From Asterionella formosa (taxonomy: Eukaryota), in contig NKIB01012718.1 in assembly GCA_002256025.1 (NCBI GenBank), forward strand, positions 52,254 to 72,253: 20,000 nucleotides of DNA, written 5' to 3'. The translations under genes were made by a program, and so were the position numbers. Positions 1 through 10,176 of the stretch are shown here, one piece after another (position 1 is the stretch's first letter; each line of letters opens with the position of its first letter). A model generated the notes under the pieces. The model saw only the letters and a program-made list of their open reading frames with translations. It had not been told where the DNA came from and did no database searches.

Positions 1-146
1 TTGAAGGAAATGTGATTGATCTTATGAAACTAGAATTCTACATAGACCACACTCAAAAGATTAAATTAAAATATGTTACACAAAGTGGCCACCATGCACT
101 ACTGATCAATTCATTCATCTAAAGATCAAATCACAAAGATCTTTCC

Positions 147-1814
147 TTACTTGCGATTGGCCTTGTAGTAGTTGATCAATCCATTGGTGGACGAATCATG
201 AGAAGTGACTTTGTCTTCACCAGCAAGCTCAGGGTAGATAGTCTGAGCCAACTGCTTTCCAAGTTCCACACCCCACTGATCAAATGAGTTGATGTCCCAG
301 ATGGCCCCTTGGGTAAAAATCTTCATCTCGTAAATGGCAATCAACGATCCCAACGTTCGAGGGGTCAGCTTTTGGAATAAAAAGGAGTTTGAAGGACGGT
401 TGCCTTCAAAGACCTTGTGAGGGACGAGTGCCTCGAGAGCAGCATCGTCCATTTTGCCAATGAGCTCGGCACGGACTTTCTCCGCAGATTTACCAAAGGC
501 CATGGCCTCGGTTTGGGCAAAGTAATTGGACAACAAGATTGGGTGATGGTCAACAGGAGCATTAATAGTTTCGGTCACCTTGTTGTGCGTTTCAATTGGA
601 GCTAAGAAATCGCAAGGAATCAACTTAGTTCCCTGGTGAATCAATTGGTAGAATGCATGTTGTCCATTGGTGCCAGGTTCTCCCCAAATAATTGGTCCAG
701 TCTCGAACAGGACCTTTTCGCCCTGCTTGCTAATGTACTTTCCATTTGACTCCATGTCTCCCTGTTGGAAATATGCAGCAAAACGGTGCATGTACTGGTC
801 ATATGGAAGGATGGCAACGGTCTGTGCCTTGTAGAAGTTGTTATACCACAAACCAATCAAAGCGAGGGTCAACGGCAAATTTTCCTTGGAATCAGCAGCC
901 AAAAAGTGTTGATCAACGGCATGAGCACCCGCATGCATCTCCATCCAGTTGTCAAATCCAATGGACAGAGCAATTGGCGTTCCGATAGCGGACCAGAGAG
1001 AGTAACGTCCGCCTACCCAATCCCAGAAACCAAACATATTGTTAGTGTCGATACCGAATGCAGACACCCCTGCAGCGTTCGTGCTGAGAGCAGCAAAATG
1101 CTTGGCTACCGCCGATTCGTCTTGGTGGGCGTCAACAAGCCATTGTTTGGCAGTACCGGCGTTGGTCATGGTCTCCTGAGTAGTAAAGGTCTTGGATGCC
1201 ACTAAAAAGAGGGTCGTTTCGGGGTCGACCAGTTTCAGGATCTCAGCCACATGAGTTCCATCAACGTTGGAACAGAAATGCATGTGAAGGTCGCGTTTGG
1301 AGTAGGGTTTCAGTGCCTCGCACACCATGACAGGACCAAGATCCGATCCACCGATACCAATATTAACAATGGTGTTGATAGGCTTACCAGTGTGTCCCTT
1401 CCACTCTCCGCTGCGGACAGACTCGGTGAATGCCTTGATACGAGCCAAAGTTTCATTCACCGCAGGCATCACGTCCTCCCCATCGACAAAAATAGGAGTG
1501 TTTGACTGGTTACGAAGAGCAACATGTAGGACAGCGCGGCCTTCTGTCGAATTGATCTTCTCACCAGTGTACATGCGCTTGGCCATTCCCATGACATCTT
1601 GCTGGTCGGCAAGCTTATAAAGAAGATCCATGGTCTCCTCAGAGATGCGGTTCTTGGAGTAATCCAACAAAATGTCTTCAAACTTCATGCTGAACTTGTC
1701 GAAACGGTCCGGATCCGATGCGAATTGATCTTTCATCTGAACATCCTTCGTAGACTCGAAGTGGGCTTCAAGCGCCTTCCAGGCATTGGTAGTAGAAACA
1801 TCGAGCTTGGTCAT
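147..1814 (-). CDS. GPI: Glucose-6-phosphate isomerase, 555 aa, intronless, probably cytosolic
   Basis: PGI signature motifs [50 protein letters not shown] and [10 protein letters not shown]. Start context ACCACCATG. No N-terminal targeting extension. Confidence 0.98.
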   Translation of the reverse strand: MTKLDVSTTNAWKALEAHFESTKDVQMKDQFASDPDRFDKFSMKFEDILLDYSKNRISEETMDLLYKLADQQDVMGMAKRMYTGEKINSTEGRAVLHVALRNQSNTPIFVDGEDVMPAVNETLARIKAFTESVRSGEWKGHTGKPINTIVNIGIGGSDLGPVMVCEALKPYSKRDLHMHFCSNVDGTHVAEILKLVDPETTLFLVASKTFTTQETMTNAGTAKQWLVDAHQDESAVAKHFAALSTNAAGVSAFGIDTNNMFGFWDWVGGRYSLWSAIGTPIALSIGFDNWMEMHAGAHAVDQHFLAADSKENLPLTLALIGLWYNNFYKAQTVAILPYDQYMHRFAAYFQQGDMESNGKYISKQGEKVLFETGPIIWGEPGTNGQHAFYQLIHQGTKLIPCDFLAPIETHNKVTETINAPVDHHPILLSNYFAQTEAMAFGKSAEKVRAELIGKMDDAALEALVPHKVFEGNRPSNSFLFQKLTPRTLGSLIAIYEMKIFTQGAIWDINSFDQWGVELGKQLAQTIYPELAGEDKVTSHDSSTNGLINYYKANRK

Positions 1815-1967
1815 GGTGGTATAATATTGGTTTGTTCAAAGGTCTTGGTTTGTGTCCTCATTTTATCGTTAGTTTCGGTATTGCGAATCCTACATCAAAA
1901 GGAGCTACCGGTAGGCCGGTACGACAGACAATATCATAGGCAGATCTTCTTCTTGAAATGAGGGTAG

Positions 1968-2033
1968 ACTACCAGGTACCTGGTACCAGTGACCAGGGGT
2001 ACAAGATACCTGGTACCAGGTACCTGGTACCTG
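1968..2033. repeat. Cluster of TACCAGGTA/TACCTGGTA palindromic units upstream of GPI
   Basis: taccaggtacctggtaccag...tacctggtaccaggtacctggtacctg, made of overlapping GGTACC-centred palindromes. Confidence 0.85.
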
Positions 2034-2173
2034 AAACAGAGTGTAGGCAGGATGCTGCGCGCTTAATGCAACGTTCTTTCCGGTCGTACGCACATGCACT
2101 GTTGCTTATGATCTGTCGTGCTATTTCTGAAAGATTTTCTTGGAGACTGTACGTGCGTACGTGCTAGTGCACT

Positions 2174-2275
2174 GGAAGGTCCGGTAGCGCACGTTCTATG
2201 CGCACCTTTCAGTTTCGACGCACTCCTGCGTATGGATCATCTCATGCCTGGCAGACGAGATAGGCCAGCTTTCCA
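2174..2275 (+). repeat. Dispersed repeat family B, 5' fragment (left arm of an inverted pair)
   Basis: ggaaggtccggtagcgcacgttctatgcgcacctttcagtttcga...cagacgagatag matches 18915-19030 and 12143-12245, and is the reverse complement of ~2800-2895. Confidence 0.85.
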
Positions 2276-2451
2276 TAAAAATAATATTCCTTAAGTAATA
2301 TAAGGGAAATGTTACCGGGGTACTCTTATTGACCGATGACGATTTGCAGAATCAGTCTCTGAACACGAATCAGATTTGCTGACTGATTTACGTGTTCAGC
2401 AAACCGTCTTCTAGCTTTTGAATCAACATAGGAATCCTACCTTTCTACATT

Positions 2452-2650
2452 TAGAACTTGCTGGCACCAACTGAATTTGCTGACAATTACTAAAATTTGC
2501 TGACAACAACAACTAGAACTTGCTGACAACAATGACTAGAACTTGCTAACAGCTACTTGAATTTGCTGACTACAACTAGAAACTGCTGACTAGTACGAAT
2601 AGAAACTACTGACTAAAACTAGAAATTGATGACTACGACTAGAAGTTATT
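2452..2650. repeat. Minisatellite, ~9-10 degenerate units of ~20 bp (consensus TAGAA(A/C)TTGCTGACWACRAC)
   Basis: Successive units include tagaacttgctgacaacaatgac, ttgaatttgctgactacaac, tagaaactgctgactag and tagaaattgatgactacgac. Confidence 0.85.
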
Positions 2651-2895
2651 GATTGGTGAATTCCATTAACAAACCCTCATCCAGTTGCTGAATACCATTA
2701 CCAGCAGGAGTAGCTAGTAATGATTTCGAGTATCAGAAGATGACTTGGATTTAATGAATAATAATTTAACATTGAAGAAAGTTACTTAAGAGAGTTTGGA
2801 ATGAAATGCCAGTCTATCTCGCCCAGTAGGCACGAGACGATCGCTTGGGAGTGAGTCGAAACTGAAAGGTGTGCATAGAATGTGCACTCCCAGTG
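2452..2895 (-). repeat. Dispersed repeat family B, inverted copy including a ~20-bp minisatellite
   Basis: Reverse complement aligns to 12150-12440 and 18920-19260, e.g. the block ctggtaatggtattcagcaactgga and ttccaaactctct...cattaaatccaagtc. Confidence 0.85.
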
Positions 2896-2938
2896 CTTTG
2901 GAGAACCTGGTACCAGGTACTCAGAGTATCTGTTATAA

Positions 2939-3159
2939 ATGGCTTTGAGCCACGTTATATTATACCGTTTTCCGCCTAAAATTCTAGATTTATGCTGAAA
3001 TCGATCCCTTCTTTCACCCTTTGGCACGATATTAGTTAGTTCATTAAGCAACAGGAGATTTAGATCATTTTTATACCGGTACTTGAACATATATTTACCG
3101 AGATCTATCCAATTTAAGCAAAAGTGACAAAACTACTAGTCGAAGTGGCTCAAAGCCAT
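2939..3159. mobile_element. MITE-like element, 221 bp, 15-bp perfect TIR ATGGCTTTGAGCCAC, TAA target-site duplication
   Basis: taa|atggctttgagccac (2939-2953) ... gtggctcaaagccat|taa (3145-3159). The interior is AT-rich and non-coding. Confidence 0.7.
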
Positions 3160-3712
3160 TAATAAATTTTTTATCATACATGTAGTAATTTTTATAGGCA
3201 ACTATTAGAAAATATTACATCGTTCACATGTTTTTTCGCAGTAGTTGCATCATTCTTAGACTGGTGGTGTTCCCATTTTATCTTGTTGGTTCCACCAAAG
3301 ACTCCTCGCATTCTTTTCGCAGTAGTTGTTGTATTGCACCATATGGTAGTTTGCCATTCTTGTTAGGGAATGACGGCTTAAAGGTTTAGCACGTTGCCTT
3401 TGATCTGAGGTTGTGAGGTTTGATTTCCGCAATTTTTTTGAGAAGCAATGGTTGGGTTCGACTCCCACACAACTCCTTACTGTCCCGCACGGTCTTGCCT
3501 GGTGTGCAAGAAATAGTGGGTTGCCCCCCTAGCTACCACAAGCAGCTTGTGCCGCCTTCCTAGATAGGCGGTCGGAGTTTCCCCTAATGCTGCGGCTAAG
3601 ATGTCCTTTCGCGAAAGGTGGTTGGCGACTCATCTAGTAGCTAACAAAACCAGGGAAGCTCAGGTCCTGTCGGTAGGTAGCACAATGAATATTTGCCTAG
3701 CTCATGCCTGCA

Positions 3713-5709
3713 AGTACACATGTACACGAGAAGGCTTGGAGCCACCAAGGAGGCCATTTTTGGTGAGGCAATTCACAATCCTTCCGCCATTCATTTACCT
3801 ACTGCCCACTCATTGAGTGTAAATGTCAATTTTAGCTTGCTATAGCCCATCATATAATATCTTTTTGTATATTTCCTATCTTCACATCGAAATTTGCAAT
3901 CAGTCTGAGCGATATTTCCCATCATTACAACATATCTTGTATATTTCATAAATTACCATTTTGGCAATACAATTTACTCCAGTTGCCCCTCGGTTTTCCA
4001 GCCCTGGGATTGCCGAAATCGGCAAGGGGTACTATACATAAGGACACAAATTTATATACTCCTCTACAGATGTAATTAAGATATATCTAGTAGTATTTAC
4101 CTCCTTTTTGTTCGTCTCCTGAAAAGTTGCTGCAGCAATTCACCTTTCATCATGCCGATCATCGTCCATCATGATGCCCAGTCTGAAGCGAATTGAGATC
4201 ATTGATGACACCTGCAGTGATTTGTCGTCAAACCGAGCGATGTGGCTGGTTGTTGGATTGCTCGTCTTCTCGTGGATTCATGTAATCGCATCGTTCATAT
4301 TTCTTCGGATGAATGATGATATCGGTATATCTGATGTTGAGGGCAATTTTGCACTGGTCATTGATGTTCTTAATGGATATTCTAGTCATGTAGCCTAGTA
4401 CTTACATGTATGGTAAGACTAAAAAAACCATGCATGATTTAAGCTAAACTTTACTCAGTACTTTGAACACATTATAAAATTTATGCTGTGGACTTGATAT
4501 TATCTTTACGAGACCAGAAAGTTAAACTAGCTATATCCTCCACATAGCTAGTAGCTATTCATTCTTGATTTCGCGTATTCCCCATTTCGCAATCACAATT
4601 ATAATTCTCATTTGATGCTGTCTTCCGTTGCTCAATTCGGGCTTGCATCAGGGACCTTTGGACTTTCGATTGATCTCATCATCTGCTGCTTCTTGTTATG
4701 ATAATCAGAGCGGATTGGATTGGTGAGTAGCTCTAACAGTGAAACATTGCATGTGGAATGTAGATACTAATTGTCAAATTTGCGATTTGATTGCTTCCAT
4801 TTTCCATTTTGATCCCTTCTGTCTTTGTTTGTTCTTGTTCCGTTCTGTCGTTTTGGTTTGATTGTATCTATCTGCACAAGGGCCAATGTATGTATCAATG
4901 CCTAATCTTTGGAGATGTATTGTTGTTGATCTTATTTGTTGATTTGTATAATCATTGACTATTATGTCAATATTGCCGCCAAGCAATGCTTTTGTTGTAC
5001 TAATGCACATTGCTACCTTGCTACTCAGAGCTCATATCATAAGCTATGTATCAATATTCAGCTAGAGGGAGTCGATTGTGGAGCAGCCTAGCAATCACGC
5101 TCGCTCAGAATGGAATGATCAGGGTTGTTTGGTGCGAGGAACGATGGTGGGCGGAAGGAGGACTGCTACTTAGCTATGTCAGGCTACAGCTATTTTCATG
5201 GTTCCAGCAACAAGATTATCTTCACTACATACTAATGAAACAGATCTCAATTGGGTTCAGCTTTTTTCCGCTTTTCTGTATTATTTTGCTCTTCGATTGT
5301 GTGATGGAACAAGGTCAATGTTGCCTGTGTAAGTACTAAAATGCATACATCTCCACCGAAACTCATGTCTTTTACTTCATTTCTAACCCAAAACAATTTT
5401 TTCGATTTCTCATTTGACGCTACTTATTACATAGCATATCATACATTGGTTGCTCCAAACATCATGTTCAATTTTCATTGATATTGTATGTTAAAATCAT
5501 TCTCATGTGTTGGATGCTTGTTTTACCATTTTTATGTAAATTACCGTTATTCTTGCTATATGCTAAAATCGGCAATTTTCATGCCGAAAATTCGATGTAC
5601 CCATATTGCCCCTACATTAATAACAATTACTTAAGAAATTACTCAGACCTAAAATTTACTTAGAAGTAACCGACAGGCACGACAATGGCTGGAGCGGGAC
5701 TTTCCTGAA
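3713..5709. repeat. ~2 kb repeat family A, copy 1 (decayed, probably transposon-derived)
   Basis: Colinear with 5849-7818 along its whole length, from agtacacatgta..cgagaagg to gagcggga..ttcctgaa. Identity is roughly 75-80% by eye. Confidence 0.9.
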
Positions 5710-5848
5710 GGCAAAACATGCTCAAGGTGGTCTCTTGCCTGTGCGTAGCTATACATGTGTTCGAGGCTGTTTGGCGCAAGTAGGTTGACTGTACAAGTGG
5801 CGCCTCCGGCACTGCGAGAAGGTCACCCTATGAGTACCAATACAGCCG

Positions 5849-7818
5849 AGTACACATGTATACGAGAAGGTAAGTAGCCGCCAAGAAGGGTATTGTTGAG
5901 GCAATTCACAAACTAGCTATCATCGTGCCATTTGGCTGCTTACCTAATACTGCCCACTCATTGAGCGTAAATGTCATTTTTAGCTTGCTAGTATAGCCCA
6001 TCATATAAAACATATTTTGTATATTTCCTATCTTCACATAAAATCTTGCCAAAGGTTCGATATTGACCAACATTAGAATATATTTTGAATATTTCATTTG
6101 TTAGCATTCTGGCAAGAAAACTGACGCCAATTGCCCCATGGTTTTCCAGCCCTGGGATTGCCGAAATCGGCAAGGGTTATACTTGAGGAAACCATTTTCT
6201 GTAATATACAGATTTTAACAATTTATATCTAGAATTCACCTCCTTTTTGTTTGTCACCTGAAAAGTGGACTCCGGCAATTCACCTTGCACCATGCCGATC
6301 ATCGTCCATTATGCCCAGTCTGAAGCGAAATGAGTTCATCGATGATGCCAGTAGCAATTCGTTGTCAAAGGGATGCGGTTGTTTGTTGGCTTGCTTGTTT
6401 TCTCGAGGGATTCATGTAGTTGCATTGTCCATATTTCGTTGGACAAATGATGATATTGATACATCTGATGTTGGCGGCGAGGTTTTGTTCCGGTCATGTA
6501 TGTGATGCTTAACTGACATTCTAGTAATTTAGCCTACATACGTACATAGTACTCAAAACAACCATGCATGGTTTAAGCTAAACTTTAACGCTTCAATGCA
6601 TCGTTATAACATGCATGCTGTAGACTTGGTATTATTTTTACAAGACTGGTATGTTAAATTATTTGCTTTCACATATTCATAAAATTGTAAAAAGATTTCA
6701 TCCTTCACAATTAAAATAAAACCCATTATCCTGCCTGCCATTGCTCAATTCAGGCTTGCACCAGGAACTTTCGACTTTCTTATGAGCAAATCTTCTGCTG
6801 CGTGTTACGCTTGTTAGAGCGGGTTGGTGAGTACAACATTTAAACATTTCATGGGGAATGTAGATACTAATTGTCAAATTTGAGATTTGATTGCTTCCAT
6901 GGTCTGTTTTGATCGCTTCCATCTTTGTTTGTTGTTCCGCACTGTCATTTTGATTCGATTGTAACTATCAGCACAAGGGCCAATGTATGTATCAATGCCT
7001 ACTCTTTGAAGACCATGCTGTATCGTTGTTGAACTTATTTGTTGATTTGTATAGGCGTTGACCATGATTTCAATATTGCCGCCAAGCAATTCTTTTCTTG
7101 TACTAACGCGCTTTGCTACCTTTCTACTACGAGTTCGTATCACAAGCTATGTAACAATACTCAGCTAGTAGGGGGAGTTGATGGTGCTGGAGCAGCCCGG
7201 CAATCACGCTCGCTCAGAATGGAATGATCAGGGTTGTTTGGTGGGAGGAATGCCTGTAGCAGAAAGACTGCTACTGGTGTCAGGCTACTACAGCGCTGTT
7301 CATGGTTGTAGCAACCAGATCATCTATGCTACATAACGATGCAGGTCTAAATTGGGTTCAGCTTTTTTTCTTATTTTTTCGGTTTTGGATTGTGTGGTGA
7401 TGGAAAGTCAATGTTGCCTGTGTAAATACAACAATGTCACAATGCATATGTCTCCATTGAAACTCCTATTTTTGCTTCATTTCTAACCCAAAACAATTTT
7501 TTCTATTTCTCATTGATGCTACTTATTACATCATCGCATTTCATAATTTGGTTACTCCATACATCATTTTTTTTCAATTTTCATTGATGTTCCATGCTTC
7601 AATCATTTTCATGTGTTGGATGCTTGTCTTACCATTTCTATGTTAATTACCATAATTCTTGCTGTCATGCTAAAATCGGCAATTTTCATGCCGAAAAATT
7701 CGATTTACCCTGTATTGCCCCTTCATTAACAACAATTACTTAAGAATTTACTTAAAGCTTAAAAATTACTTAGAAGTACCCGACTGGCAAGACGATGTAT
7801 AGAGCGGGAATTCCTGAA
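5849..7818. repeat. ~2 kb repeat family A, copy 2 (direct, near-tandem)
   Basis: Shared blocks include ggttttccagccctgggattgccgaaatcggcaaggg, gcaatcacgctcgctcagaatggaatgatcagggttgtttggtg and tgctaaaatcggcaattttcatgccgaaaa. Confidence 0.9.
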
Positions 7819-7993
7819 CAGTGAACAGTTGTGAGCAAAAAGTACGCAGGATGTAGCCTATTAATCCTAATAATTAATATATATTGGAAAATATCAGATC
7901 TCCTGGATTGCAATGCCTTTCGCTCCGACGAAGGCTGTTAATTCAATATCGTTGAATTACTTGCCAATCCCGCACTCTCCCTTGTTTTATGAG

Positions 7994-8040
7994 TGACTTT
8001 ATTGACTACAATAAAGTCTTTATTGACTACAATAAAGTCA
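7994..8040. repeat. Tandemly duplicated 21-bp near-palindromic unit just upstream of the CDF transporter gene
   Basis: ctttattgactacaataaagt occurs twice (7997-8017, 8018-8038). The outer arms tgactttattg and caataaagtca are perfect inverted repeats. Confidence 0.85.
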
Positions 8041-8102
8041 AGAGTGCCGCCAATTGATCAACAGTACCTTTTAATTGAATTTTCAACAGGAACAGACCAG
8101 AA

Positions 8103-9950
8103 ATGCTAGCAAGATCCTCCTTTCGGCCGAATCGTGCCCTTGGTCGTCTCATGCAACAATCCTTTGTCAGCCAACGACAGTCTTCTTCGCTATTAGTCAA
8201 AAAAACAACCATCACTCGAACAAAAGATCTTCCTACTTTTTATCTTCCAGTGAGAATAGCAGCAAGTCAGTCGGATTGGAACGACGACAAGAGCACAAAA
8301 GTCACTGGCACTTCGTTCATCCCAGCACCGCGGCCTCCGTACAGTGATCCTAGAGCCTGCTCTGGCGTCTCTAAGATTCTGGAAGATTTTGAATCCAGAG
8401 AGCGAACGAGACAAGTGACAAGCAACGACACGAATTCGAGGCACGAACGCGAGCGGCGACTCCGAGCCGGACTAGCACTGTTTCAAGCGCTGGCTCGTGA
8501 GGGCCACCAGAAACGATACTTTTCGTCTTCAGATGACAAGAAATCGCCGCTACCAAAAACTGAAAAGGATTTTGAGGACTACCTCACAGGAAAAATAGAA
8601 GGGGAACCCTCGCTTGAAGCTTCAATTCGCAGCAAAGTCATGTATTCCCAACAGCAACAAGAAAACATTGTCCTACCTACCGACCAGAAGATCACCGACA
8701 CAATTGAATCGTATGGAACAACCACTAGGGACAACCAAGTAATAAGAATGGCTAAGAATCGTGCCAAGACGGTGTATAATGTCCGACGAGCCCTGATTGG
8801 CAACGTCTTCATTGCCGCAGCAAAGTTTGCTGCGTGGATCAGTTCGGGGTCGTCAAGCATGCTGTCGGAATTTGTGCATTCCTTGGTTGATTGTGGAAAT
8901 CAAGCCTTGTTATTGATTGGTTTGTGGGACTCTAGCAACGTTGCCGATCGGGCCCATCCTTATGGATACGGAAAATCCGTTTACTTTTGGGCCCTAGTTA
9001 GCGCGTTGGGGACGTTCTTTCTTGGGGCTGGTGTCTCGGGGACAGCGGCGATTGGAGAATTATTGAATCCTTCGTTTCATGCTGTTACCTGGCAAGTATG
9101 GGCTGTGCTTCTCTTTTCCTTATCTGTCGACGGTTACATTATTTCAAAGACGTTGGCGGAACTCATGGAGGAGAAACCACAAGGAGTGACCTTGTTAACC
9201 TACATTAGGAACCTTCGAGATCCGGCAACCTTGGCTATTTTATTGGAGGATGGAGCGGCTTGTTTTGGTGTGATTCTGGCGTCGTTTGGTATTGCCTTGA
9301 CACATGCAACGGGTATGCCCATTTTTGATGGTTTAGCGGGAGTTGGGATATCTGGCCTGTTGGCCACAATGGGAATTGTTTTGGTGCGAGTCAATCATCG
9401 ATTCTTGTTGGGTCACTCTGTCGACAGTGAGATAACCAAGGAAATTGAAAAGATTTTGCTTGGCCGAAGAAGTATTGACCATGTGCATTCTGTCCAAAGT
9501 CAATGGACTGGACCAGAAACATTTTCTTACAAGGCGGAAGTTGATTTTGATGGGACCTATTTGGCAGCCAAGCTTATGCCTCGGTACCAAATAGAGTTTT
9601 TAGAAGTAAAGGACACATTAGATCAAGATCTACGGGTGCTGCTGAGCTGGTACGCCGAGGATGTCATGCGAACTGTCGAAAGAGAAGTACGGAGTATTGA
9701 AAATGACATTCGGAAGGTTTATCCAGGTGCTGAGTATATCGAACTGGAACCAATGAGCAAGGATTCCGATCGCTTTGCCATTGATGACGGTATGAAGGCC
9801 CAGCTCCGAAGAATTGAAATCGAGGCTCTGAATCGATATCTCAAGTCCCTCTACCATACCAAGAAAAAAGATGGAAATGTACATTCTACGACCGGAACTG
9901 CAAAAAAGCCAGTGACTGCTAGCGAACACAAATTTGACCCAAAGAAGTAG
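8103..9950 (+). CDS. Cation diffusion facilitator (CDF) metal transporter, ZnT9/SLC30A9-like, 615 aa, probably mitochondrial
   Basis: CDF motifs SGSSSMLSEFVHSLVDCGNQ, HPYGYG, LLEDGAA, FDGLAGVGISGLL and YKAEVDFDG. The Arg/Ser-rich, acid-free N-terminus resembles a mitochondrial transit peptide. Confidence 0.9.
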   Translation: MLARSSFRPNRALGRLMQQSFVSQRQSSSLLVKKTTITRTKDLPTFYLPVRIAASQSDWNDDKSTKVTGTSFIPAPRPPYSDPRACSGVSKILEDFESRERTRQVTSNDTNSRHERERRLRAGLALFQALAREGHQKRYFSSSDDKKSPLPKTEKDFEDYLTGKIEGEPSLEASIRSKVMYSQQQQENIVLPTDQKITDTIESYGTTTRDNQVIRMAKNRAKTVYNVRRALIGNVFIAAAKFAAWISSGSSSMLSEFVHSLVDCGNQALLLIGLWDSSNVADRAHPYGYGKSVYFWALVSALGTFFLGAGVSGTAAIGELLNPSFHAVTWQVWAVLLFSLSVDGYIISKTLAELMEEKPQGVTLLTYIRNLRDPATLAILLEDGAACFGVILASFGIALTHATGMPIFDGLAGVGISGLLATMGIVLVRVNHRFLLGHSVDSEITKEIEKILLGRRSIDHVHSVQSQWTGPETFSYKAEVDFDGTYLAAKLMPRYQIEFLEVKDTLDQDLRVLLSWYAEDVMRTVEREVRSIENDIRKVYPGAEYIELEPMSKDSDRFAIDDGMKAQLRRIEIEALNRYLKSLYHTKKKDGNVHSTTGTAKKPVTASEHKFDPKK

Positions 9951-10176
9951 CTAACCCCTCCCCCCTCTCTTCATGGAATCACATCAATCATCCTCACACT
10001 AAAGTACTAAGCGAGCTCTATTCAACCGAGCCACAGTTTACCGAGGGATGTTTTTACGCAGTTTATCTCTTGCATAGAAAATACTTCTTTAACTTTTGTT
10101 CCATTAGCATCCTAGAAATATCGATTAAATGATTGTTATACCATAAAGGGGTCTGATACTGATGGAGTTTTACCTC

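Noticed and set aside
2085..2161. Imperfect inverted repeat cgtacgcacatgca/tgtacgtgcgtacg
   Set aside because: Short (12/14 match), single instance, and not present before the other family B copies.
1905..2167. Short ORFs with YQVPGT/PGTWY repeats (also at 18683-19030)
   Set aside because: Translations of the GGTACC palindrome clusters, not proteins.
2452..2650. CRISPR or telomeric repeat
   Set aside because: Contiguous degenerate ~20-bp units without spacers, embedded in a dispersed repeat family.
3407..3478. tRNA-like T-arm/B-box GGGTTCGACTCCCA with a partial acceptor pairing
   Set aside because: No proper D or anticodon arm, spacing too short, and an internal T7 run. Not supportable as a tRNA.
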